DNA of 64,000 nt, from positions 26,230-90,229 of the IMG/VR virus record IMGVR_UViG_3300032070_000002; one strand, written 5' to 3'. The position numbers and the translations under genes were made by a program. Below, piece by piece: positions 10,543 through 18,649 of this stretch. Under the pieces are notes generated by a model, which was not told where the DNA came from, ran no database searches, and saw only the letters and a list, made by a program, of their open reading frames with translations. Each line of letters begins with the position of its first letter. Position 1 is the first letter of the stretch. Source of the DNA: a virus.

Positions 10543-11700
10543 ATGAATAAAATTTTTATAAATCTTCCAAGTAAATATACTACTATTATGTTAGTAGCAC
10601 CTACGGGATTAGTAAACGAATTTGAAAAATATCCTTACGGTATTTCTCATTTTTTAGAGCATATGCATTTTAAGGGTACAAAGAAAAGAACTACAAAACA
10701 AATAGCTTATGATATAGAAAGATACGGCGGAGATTTAAACGCTTTTACGGATAGTGAAATTACGGGTTATTATGTTAAAATAGCTAATCGTTATATGAAT
10801 AAAGGTTTTGACGTAATTTCAGACCTAGTAGAAAATTGCGTAATCCCGGAAGAGGAAATAGATAAAGAAAGAAAAGTAATATTACAAGAGTTAAAAAGTT
10901 ATGAAGACGATCCTCAAGAGAAAGTTAGTGATTTATTTTATACAAATATGTATAATATTCACTATCCACTTCATTACCCTATTATAGGTTTCCCTTCTAC
11001 TTTAAATCAAATAGGTAGAAAGGAATTATTAAAATATAAAAAGGATAGATATAATCCATTAACTTTAATTATAGTAGGCGATATCGCGGATTGTTTAGAT
11101 ATTAAATTGTGTCCTACCTCTTATCCAAAAGTAAATTTTCTTTCTACTAACAAAGAAAAATTTATAGAGCGAAATAATTTACAACAAGCACAAGTTATTA
11201 TAGGATTTTCTCAATTTTTACCTATTGATGCTACAACTTTATTTTTTACGGTAGCTTTAATAGAATCAATTTTAAACGATATGAGCGGAAGACTATTTAC
11301 GGAAATTAGAGAAAATCATAATTTAGTATACGGTATTAGATTTTCAAGTACTATTTTTGGAAATAATCTATTTCAATGGAAAGTAAGTTTAGGATTAGAA
11401 AAAAATAAAATAAATCAAGCAAAAGAATTAATAATTAAGGAATTAACAAGACCTTTTACTAGCCAAGAAGTTGAAGATGCGGTAATTAAATCTATAGGAG
11501 AGCTAGAATTAAGGACTTCGTCTTTTTTAATTTCTAATATTATCGCAAATAGTATAACGACTAATATAGATTGGCAACGAATAATTTTTAACTATAAAGA
11601 GGAATTTAAGAGAGTAAAAGATTATGTAAATAGTGTGCAAGAATTAATAGATTTTACTAATTATAAAATAGTAGGCCTCATTCCGGGAGATAAAAAGTGA
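10543..11700 (+). CDS. M16 (pitrilysin-like) zinc peptidase
   Basis: Inverted zincin GISHFLEHMHFKGT, NAFT, ERKVILQE, RLFTEIRE. Confidence 0.92.
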   Translation: MNKIFINLPSKYTTIMLVAPTGLVNEFEKYPYGISHFLEHMHFKGTKKRTTKQIAYDIERYGGDLNAFTDSEITGYYVKIANRYMNKGFDVISDLVENCVIPEEEIDKERKVILQELKSYEDDPQEKVSDLFYTNMYNIHYPLHYPIIGFPSTLNQIGRKELLKYKKDRYNPLTLIIVGDIADCLDIKLCPTSYPKVNFLSTNKEKFIERNNLQQAQVIIGFSQFLPIDATTLFFTVALIESILNDMSGRLFTEIRENHNLVYGIRFSSTIFGNNLFQWKVSLGLEKNKINQAKELIIKELTRPFTSQEVEDAVIKSIGELELRTSSFLISNIIANSITTNIDWQRIIFNYKEEFKRVKDYVNSVQELIDFTNYKIVGLIPGDKK

Positions 11701-12338
11701 AGATAAATGAAATTTTTAAGAGTATACAGGGTGAAGGAAGATTTCAGGGATATCCTGCATTGTTTATTAGGGTTTCCGGTTGTACAAGAAAGTGTAAATG
11801 GTGCGATTCTAAATACCATATTAACGGGGAAGAATTTACGATAGAAGAATTAGTAAATGAAATTGATGATAGGCCAGAAACGGCTATAGTTGTATTTACT
11901 GGAGGCGAGCCCTTACTATATTTAGAAGAAATAACACACATAATTAGCGAGTTAAAAGGTATTGACGTTAAGTGGCATTTGGAAACGAATAGTGATTTAA
12001 TTAAGACTCAAAAAGATTTTAACGATATAATAAAAACTTTTAACTATATAGTAATTAGTCCAAAGGAATTATCTGTTGTAGAAGAAATAATTAAATTTAA
12101 AAATGCTACCTGTTTTAAGGACTATCTTGAAAGGGTTGAAATAAAAATAGTAACTGACTTAGATAAAATAAATAAAGATTTAGTGCCTTATGCTACTTCT
12201 TTAATGCCCTATACTTCTTATAATAAAAAGAAAGATATAGAAATAAGAAAAAGAGTATGGGCGTATTGCGTAACACATAATTTACATTATAGTGCTAGAT
12301 TACAAGTAATAAATTTTAATAAGAAGAGGGGGGTATAG
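11697..12338 (+). CDS. queE: 7-carboxy-7-deazaguanine synthase (radical SAM)
   Basis: EIFKSIQGEG, FIRVSGCTRKCKWCDS, TGGEP, ETN, ISPK. Confidence 0.92.
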   Translation: MKINEIFKSIQGEGRFQGYPALFIRVSGCTRKCKWCDSKYHINGEEFTIEELVNEIDDRPETAIVVFTGGEPLLYLEEITHIISELKGIDVKWHLETNSDLIKTQKDFNDIIKTFNYIVISPKELSVVEEIIKFKNATCFKDYLERVEIKIVTDLDKINKDLVPYATSLMPYTSYNKKKDIEIRKRVWAYCVTHNLHYSARLQVINFNKKRGV

Positions 12339-12931
12339 TGGATAACTTTCCCGAGTTTAAAGAATTTAAAAAAATACCTAGATTAAGTAGAAAGATTATT
12401 ATTACCGAAAAAATTGACGGCACTAACGGTTTAATTTATATTGACGAAATAAATAATATTTTTGCAGGAAGTAGAAACAGATTTCTTTGGGGATCAATTC
12501 AAGAAGAAATTCATAATGATAATCACGGTTTTGCTCAATGGGTAAAAACTAATAAGGAAGAATTATTAAAATTAGGCAAGGGGTATCATTATGGCGAGTG
12601 GTGGGGAAGCGGAATACAAAGAGGCTATAATTTGCCTAAAGGAGAAAAGAGATTTAGTTTATTTAATACCGATAGATGGATTAAAGATAGAACACAACCC
12701 CTATTAGAAAAACAAGAGTATTGTCCCGAATGTTGTTACGTTGTGCCTATTTTATGGACAGGTATTTTTAATACATCCGACATAGATTCTATTTTAGATA
12801 ATTTAGTATTAAAAGGTAGTAGTGCTTCATTAGGATTTATGCAACCAGAGGGAATTGTAATTTATCATAGGGCGGGTAATTTAATGTTTAAGAAAACGAT
12901 TGAGAAGGATGAAAAAGGAAAAAATGAATAA
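12338..12931 (+). CDS. RNA ligase (Rnl2-like nucleotidyltransferase)
   Basis: Motif I TEKIDGTN, SR, YGEWWG.GIQ, F.LF, EGIV. Confidence 0.8.
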   Translation: MDNFPEFKEFKKIPRLSRKIIITEKIDGTNGLIYIDEINNIFAGSRNRFLWGSIQEEIHNDNHGFAQWVKTNKEELLKLGKGYHYGEWWGSGIQRGYNLPKGEKRFSLFNTDRWIKDRTQPLLEKQEYCPECCYVVPILWTGIFNTSDIDSILDNLVLKGSSASLGFMQPEGIVIYHRAGNLMFKKTIEKDEKGKNE

Positions 12932-13810
12932 TATTTGGTCTATAAATATTTCAGATTTTTTAGAAATACTAGAAGAGGCAATTAAGTTAGGTAGAGAAAG
13001 AGGTAAAAAAGAGGGCGAAAATATAGAACCGGAATTTTTTGAGATAGCAAAAAAGAAAAATAAAATGCCTAAACATTTAGGCGCAACAGAATTAAATAAA
13101 GAAGAATTACTAGAAGAATATAAATTAAGAAATTTAAAAGTATTAGATTTAACTAAAAAGGAGAAATAAATGGAAGAGTTAAAATTATATAACGGGTTAC
13201 GCGTTAAAGTTTGGCAGTTAGGCTGCGGCGAAAATAAATCCGCAGGCGGATATTCTATTTGTAGAGTATATATTTGGAGTGAAAATTTAATTAAGGAGTT
13301 AGGATTAGGGCAGCCCTTTCATTGCGCATATCAAGAAGCTGAAGAGTTAGCGGTTTTAATAGATGCGGAATTAACTTTAAATGGATCAATCGTAAGAAAA
13401 TCTACTAACGGAGAATATAAATGAAGTGTATAATTTGTAATTTAGAATTAACAGAAGCCGATGAAATAATAACTCAATACGGTTTAGATATGCATAAAAG
13501 TTGTGAAGAAAAATTTATATACTATACTAATCCTACTTATAGAGACTATATAAAATGTTGTAATGTAAAACACGATATAATAGGTTTACTTAAACAGGGT
13601 AAATTTATAGGTATTGGAAAATGTAAAATATGTGGAAAGACTTATATTACTAGTAGACTTCCAAAAAATCCAAAACCTAGAAAACCTAAAGCTCCAGAAA
13701 GATATTCAGACGACGCCGAAAGAAGAAAAATGTTTGGAGTAAAGTAAAATGGTTATTAATTTATTAATAATATATTTAACAATTTTATATATAGTATCAA
13801 GGAGAAGAAA

Positions 13811-14644
13811 ATGAAGGACTTACTACCGGATATTCAAAATACGCCTGTTTCTTCTATTCAAATAGATAGAGTAGGAGTAACGGATATTGATTTTCCGCTA
13901 CCCATAAAATTAAAAAACGGTATAATTCAAACTATTTATTCTACCGCACATTTATATGGTTCCTTACCTAAAACAAGAAAAGGAACTAATATGTCTAGGT
14001 ATTTAGAAGTATTATTTCAACAAAAACAACCTTTAAACGTAAGAAAAAATTTAAGAGATTTTCTATATCAATTATTACAAGTAGTAGATACGAAGGATAT
14101 ATATTGTGAAATTAATTTTAAATTATTTATGGAGAAAATAGCTCCGGTTTCAAAAAAGAAAGGTGTGTTAGCATATAATTGTTCTCTTATAGGCAGATTA
14201 CAACAAGGTAAGTATACTTTCTTTAATTATGCATATAAAATTAAAGTTCCCGTTACTTCGGTTTGTCCTTGTTCTAAACAAATAAGTAAGTTCGGCGCAC
14301 ATAATCAAAGAGGCTACGTTGAAGCTACTATAATATTTGAAAAAAATAAATCAATTCCTTTAGAGGATTTAATAAAACTAATAGAAAAACAAGGCTCGTG
14401 TGAACTATATCCTATTTTAAAAAGACCCGATGAGAAATACGTAACCGAAAAGGGCTATAAAAATGCAAAATTTGTAGAGGATATATGTAGAGATGTGGCT
14501 ATTAAGTTGCAAGAGATAAGTGTAATAAAGAAGTTTAAAATTAAGGTTGAAAATTTTGAAAGTATACACGACCATAACGCGGTAGCGTATGTTTTTAGAA
14601 AGAGACGGGGTAAGAGATGGACTTCAGATATACAAATAATTTAA
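13811..14644 (+). CDS. folE2: GTP cyclohydrolase IB
   Basis: LPDIQ, IDRVGV, KGTNMSR, CPCSK, AHNQR, KRPDEK.VT, FVED, ESIHDHNA. Confidence 0.93.
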   Translation: MKDLLPDIQNTPVSSIQIDRVGVTDIDFPLPIKLKNGIIQTIYSTAHLYGSLPKTRKGTNMSRYLEVLFQQKQPLNVRKNLRDFLYQLLQVVDTKDIYCEINFKLFMEKIAPVSKKKGVLAYNCSLIGRLQQGKYTFFNYAYKIKVPVTSVCPCSKQISKFGAHNQRGYVEATIIFEKNKSIPLEDLIKLIEKQGSCELYPILKRPDEKYVTEKGYKNAKFVEDICRDVAIKLQEISVIKKFKIKVENFESIHDHNAVAYVFRKRRGKRWTSDIQII

Positions 14645-15211
14645 AAAGTGTTCTACATTTGAATTATAATATAGATAAGGAGGAAGTAAATGAGTGCAGA
14701 TAATGGCGTTTATATCTTACATACTAAAGATGGATATCGTGTAACTCAAGCTCAAGCGATAGAGAATATTTATTGGTGGAGAATTTATACGTGTGATTGT
14801 AAAATAGGTAATTCAGAAAGTTGGAGTGAATGTATAAAATGTGGAGCGTTAATTATTAATGAAGAAAGGCCGGAACCAAATCCAATAGTATTAAAAAATT
14901 ATTTCGGATTGTGCAAAGTGTTTAACATAGTAGAAGAAGCGTTAAAAGAAGCGGGTAGAATTTATAATGAAGTAATTAACGATCCTATTTGTCCAATCTG
15001 TGAATACGGTATCGGCGTGCTTGATTGTAGTAAAATAGTATTTCCAAAATAGAGGAATAGATGAAAGTTACTTGTCCGTTATGTGGAACAGAAGTAGAAG
15101 CAAAAGAAATATTTTTACATACCTCGGAATTTAGAATTTTCGGATTATCTTTATCTCAAATAAAGAAAAGATTAGATTTTGCTAGGAGTAAAGATTATGC
15201 GGAGGAATAGA

Positions 15212-15412
15212 ATGGAAACACTTTCAGGCCTTTGGAAAAATAAGGGTAAAACAGGCGAATACTTATCCGCTTCTTTAGGTAAGGTAAAAATTTATGTATT
15301 TCCAAATTCCTTTAAACAACTAGGTACTAATCAACCTGATTATTATTTATGTGTAAAAGGAGCCGAAGGTTTATTTAGTAAAATTTTAAATAGAATATTT
15401 AAGAGGAGGTGA
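15212..15412 (+). CDS. Small DUF736-like / OB-fold protein
   Basis: GLW...K.G.YLS....F.N..K....PDY pattern; ATG at 15212 after GGAGG. Confidence 0.5.
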   Translation: METLSGLWKNKGKTGEYLSASLGKVKIYVFPNSFKQLGTNQPDYYLCVKGAEGLFSKILNRIFKRR

Positions 15413-15416
15413 GTAA

Positions 15417-15647
15417 ATGGGCAAGAATAGCAGATTAGGAAGAATCAAAGGTTTATTAGCAGAAGGAAAGACAACCGATGAGATAGTAGAAGTTATAAAG
15501 GCGAAGTTTCCGGATGCAAAGTCTACCGTTGTAAGAGGCCAGATTTATTCCGCGAAGAAAGGTAAGACAGTAAAGGAAACAGCTACAACAGAAGGCGTAG
15601 AAAAACCGGCGGAAGGTACTACTACCGCTCCAACGACAGGCGTTTAA
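15417..15647 (+). CDS. Small basic putative DNA-binding protein
   Basis: Strong AGGAGGTG RBS, Lys-rich helical domain, Thr-rich tail, followed by terminator. Confidence 0.6.
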   Translation: MGKNSRLGRIKGLLAEGKTTDEIVEVIKAKFPDAKSTVVRGQIYSAKKGKTVKETATTEGVEKPAEGTTTAPTTGV

Positions 15648-15671
15648 TAAATAATAAAGATCGATAAGGAG

Positions 15672-15710
15672 AGTAAGAGCTATCCGTTAAAGATAGCTCT
15701 TACTTTTATT
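15672..15710 (+). terminator. Rho-independent terminator
   Basis: Perfect 13-bp stem AGTAAGAGCTATC / GATAGCTCTTACT, 7-nt loop, followed by TTTATT. Confidence 0.85.
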
Positions 15711-15716
15711 AAAATT

Positions 15717-16457
15717 ATGAAATTAGCTTTTATTGTTCCTAGTTCTTATATTAAAGAAGTAGATAAGTATTGTGACTTACACTTATTTCTTTCTCATTTA
15801 CTTTATAATAATTCTTACGCCGCCGCAGTTTTATCAATTAATAAATATAAAATTTTAGATAACGGCGCTTTTGAAACTGGCATACCGGAAGAAGGAAATA
15901 CGCTATTATCAAAAATGGATTTTGTAAAAGCAAATGAAGTAATATGCCCTGATATATTTTACAATACAAAGGAAACCTTAAAAAAAGTTAAAACTTTTAT
16001 ATCTTTTTTAAAGAAGAAAAAGGAATTAAGAAATTATAAATTACAAGCTTCTATTCACGGCAGAACATTAAATGAATTATTATATTGTTATGCAGAATAT
16101 TTAGATATAAAAGAAATAGACGTAATAGGAATAGGCTATACCGCTATAAAATATAGCGGATTTAGTAGGATAGAATTTATACGCGGATTACAAGGAGAAG
16201 GATTATTACAAAAATCCATACATTTGTTAGGGTTAGGAAATAACGGGGGAGAAGAGTTGAAGGAGTTAGGCAAATGTAAATTTATAAGGTCAAATGACAG
16301 TTCTGCAGCGTATGTTTTAGCAAGGGATAATAAATTAATAAGTCCTATAGGAAAATTTGAAAGGAATAAGAAACCTATAGATTTTAATGACGAATATAAA
16401 TTAGAAACATATTTAACTCTAAAGCGAAATATGCAAACTTTAAGAAGGTTAGGATGA
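15717..16457 (+). CDS. dpdA: DpdA-like (TGT-fold) DNA 7-deazaguanine transglycosylase
   Basis: ILDNGAFE, ICPD, IHLLG, IRSNDSS match TGT/DpdA motifs; sits among folE2/queCDE. Confidence 0.75.
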   Translation: MKLAFIVPSSYIKEVDKYCDLHLFLSHLLYNNSYAAAVLSINKYKILDNGAFETGIPEEGNTLLSKMDFVKANEVICPDIFYNTKETLKKVKTFISFLKKKKELRNYKLQASIHGRTLNELLYCYAEYLDIKEIDVIGIGYTAIKYSGFSRIEFIRGLQGEGLLQKSIHLLGLGNNGGEELKELGKCKFIRSNDSSAAYVLARDNKLISPIGKFERNKKPIDFNDEYKLETYLTLKRNMQTLRRLG

Positions 16458-17200
16458 AATATTTTGAGCGCTGGTCAGAAAAGGAACTTAAAGAATTAGA
16501 AGAATATATGAAACAAAAGTTAACTAGCGAAGAAATTGCTAAACTTTTAGATAGAACAGAAAATACGGTAAGAATACATATGAGAAGATTAAGAACTAAA
16601 ACTTCTACCTATGGAAATAAGGGAGGTAGAAGATATAAAAGAGAATTAGATACCGAATTTATTAATTTAATTAAACCTAAAGATATACTAGACGGTTATT
16701 GCGGTAGTGAAACACATTATCCAAAAGAAATAACAATAACAAATGATATAAATAAATCTTTTAATACCTCTTATCACTTACCGATTTTTAAACTTTTAGC
16801 AAAATTTACATATGAAAATAAGAAATTTGATTTAATAGATTTAGACCCTTGGGGTTCTGCATACGATAGTTTATATTTAGCAATTTATTTAGCTAATAAA
16901 GGTTTAGTAGTTTCTTACGGCGAATGTTACTTAAAAAGATTTAAGCGTATAGATTTTGCGGCAGAAAAATACGGTTTGTATTTTGATAAATACGGTTTTA
17001 GTACAAAGATGTTAGTTGAATATACAAAACATTTAGGAATGATTTGCCGAAAAAAATTAGAAGTATATAAGGATTATGATTTAGGGCACTTTAGTAGAGT
17101 ATACTATATAATAAAACCTTTAAAAACATTAAAAGTTGTCCAAAGTTGGAATACTATTAGAGAAAGAAAAGAAGAGTATGCTAAAAAAGCAGTTACATAA
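16454..17200 (+). CDS. HTH + Rossmann methyltransferase with Trm1-like DLDPxG motif
   Basis: N-terminal W..E...L...EIAK.L.R...V HTH; ILDGYCG, NDIN, FDLIDLDPWGS. Confidence 0.65.
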   Translation: MKYFERWSEKELKELEEYMKQKLTSEEIAKLLDRTENTVRIHMRRLRTKTSTYGNKGGRRYKRELDTEFINLIKPKDILDGYCGSETHYPKEITITNDINKSFNTSYHLPIFKLLAKFTYENKKFDLIDLDPWGSAYDSLYLAIYLANKGLVVSYGECYLKRFKRIDFAAEKYGLYFDKYGFSTKMLVEYTKHLGMICRKKLEVYKDYDLGHFSRVYYIIKPLKTLKVVQSWNTIRERKEEYAKKAVT

Positions 17201-17621
17201 AAAACATCTTAATTATTGGCGTAAACGTAAAAGATGTATTATTTGTAAAGTAATATTAACTAGAAAAAATTTACGCCCTTGGATGAAAAGGTGTTACAGA
17301 TATATTTGTAATATATGTGAAAGAAAAGGGTCTATATCTTACTATAGGGAACATCAATTGTCTTCTGGAAATAAGTATTTTTCTAATATTAATAAACGGT
17401 CCTATCCTAAAGACGGTAAATGCGAAATTTGTAAAAGGAATAAAACCCTTAAAGGTAAATCTATTAGATTAGTTTACCACCACTGGAATAATAAAGACTT
17501 TTTGAAAGGTATTTGGACGTGCGTATATTGTCACGCTATGATGGAGTGTATAGAAAAAGGGCGTCATTTAGTTTATTTTAAACTTAAAAAATTAATAGAA
17601 AAATTAGAAGGTAAAAAATGA
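17136..17621 (+). CDS. HNH-type endonuclease
   Basis: CxxC pairs, CEIC...LVYHH...WTCVYCH; true start may be ATG at 17178. Confidence 0.65.
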   Translation: MSKVGILLEKEKKSMLKKQLHKKHLNYWRKRKRCIICKVILTRKNLRPWMKRCYRYICNICERKGSISYYREHQLSSGNKYFSNINKRSYPKDGKCEICKRNKTLKGKSIRLVYHHWNNKDFLKGIWTCVYCHAMMECIEKGRHLVYFKLKKLIEKLEGKK

Positions 17622-18499
17622 GTAAACCCCGGGCGGAAGCTAGAAATTTGTGGATAGAACGTTTCAAAAACTATTTAAAAACTCTAAAAAAAGAAGAATT
17701 AGAGTTAATAAAAAAAGAAGTGTTGCCTACCTCTAAAGTAAATAATTTAGAAGTTTTTAATTCTGGAATAATGGGAAGTCAAAGATTAATATATAAAGAG
17801 ATAACAAATAATATTCCTAAGGATGTAAAAACGATAGCCGTTCCTTTTGCTTGCGGTTTAGATTTAACTTATTATTTAACTAAAAAGGGTTATGTAGTTT
17901 ATTCTTGTGATAGAATGGAATGCGTAAGAATATTAACAGAAGTATTAAAAGATTTTATAACGGATACGGATTTAGTAAAAGCTTCAAATATTTTATGTTT
18001 TACAACGGGAAAATCTTTTGGTTGGGAAGACTATATCAAAATTATGCGGTTAAAATTATTTGTAGGTGATAAGTATAGGAATTGGTTTCATTGGCAAGAA
18101 GATGCTTTTGAGTGGCTACCTAGAATGATGGCGGCCCTGAATGTGGATTTAGTATATTTAGGTACGCCCACTATAATGGAAAATAATAAGAAATTCTATC
18201 AAAGATATGTAAAGTTAGAAAAGGAGTTAGGTAACGAAATTTCGGACGATTGGAATAGAGATAACGAAATGTTAAGGTTCCGTAAATTAGTGGAAATATG
18301 CAAGTCCAAAGCCGTTAAATACGTATACGCTGGCCACGGTAGTGGAGTCTCTAAAGTAGAAGAAAAAGAAAGTATATTAAAAGAATACTATAAGTATGTC
18401 TATACACTTTTTAAGCCGTATGATACCTTTAATGATTACGTGTTGTTTGCAAGTGAAGTACCCTTAAGGATTGATAGGAGACTATGGTATGAGAGATAA
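17618..18499 (+). CDS. Degenerate Dam/D12-class N6-adenine methyltransferase-like protein
   Basis: MGSQRL, VPFACG (for PF.GG), DAFEW, DLVYLGTP (for D.VY.DPPY). Confidence 0.55.
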   Translation: MSKPRAEARNLWIERFKNYLKTLKKEELELIKKEVLPTSKVNNLEVFNSGIMGSQRLIYKEITNNIPKDVKTIAVPFACGLDLTYYLTKKGYVVYSCDRMECVRILTEVLKDFITDTDLVKASNILCFTTGKSFGWEDYIKIMRLKLFVGDKYRNWFHWQEDAFEWLPRMMAALNVDLVYLGTPTIMENNKKFYQRYVKLEKELGNEISDDWNRDNEMLRFRKLVEICKSKAVKYVYAGHGSGVSKVEEKESILKEYYKYVYTLFKPYDTFNDYVLFASEVPLRIDRRLWYER

Positions 18500-18649
18500 G
18501 TGTAAAAGTTGTAAGTTTAGAATAAGATTTAAGGGCTATTTTTCGGAGAGATATAATTATAGTTGCGTATATAATAGACGAAAGGAAAATTGGAATAAAG
18601 AATTAAGGTGTAATAAAGAAAACGGTTATTACGCATATCAGGGGAAGAA

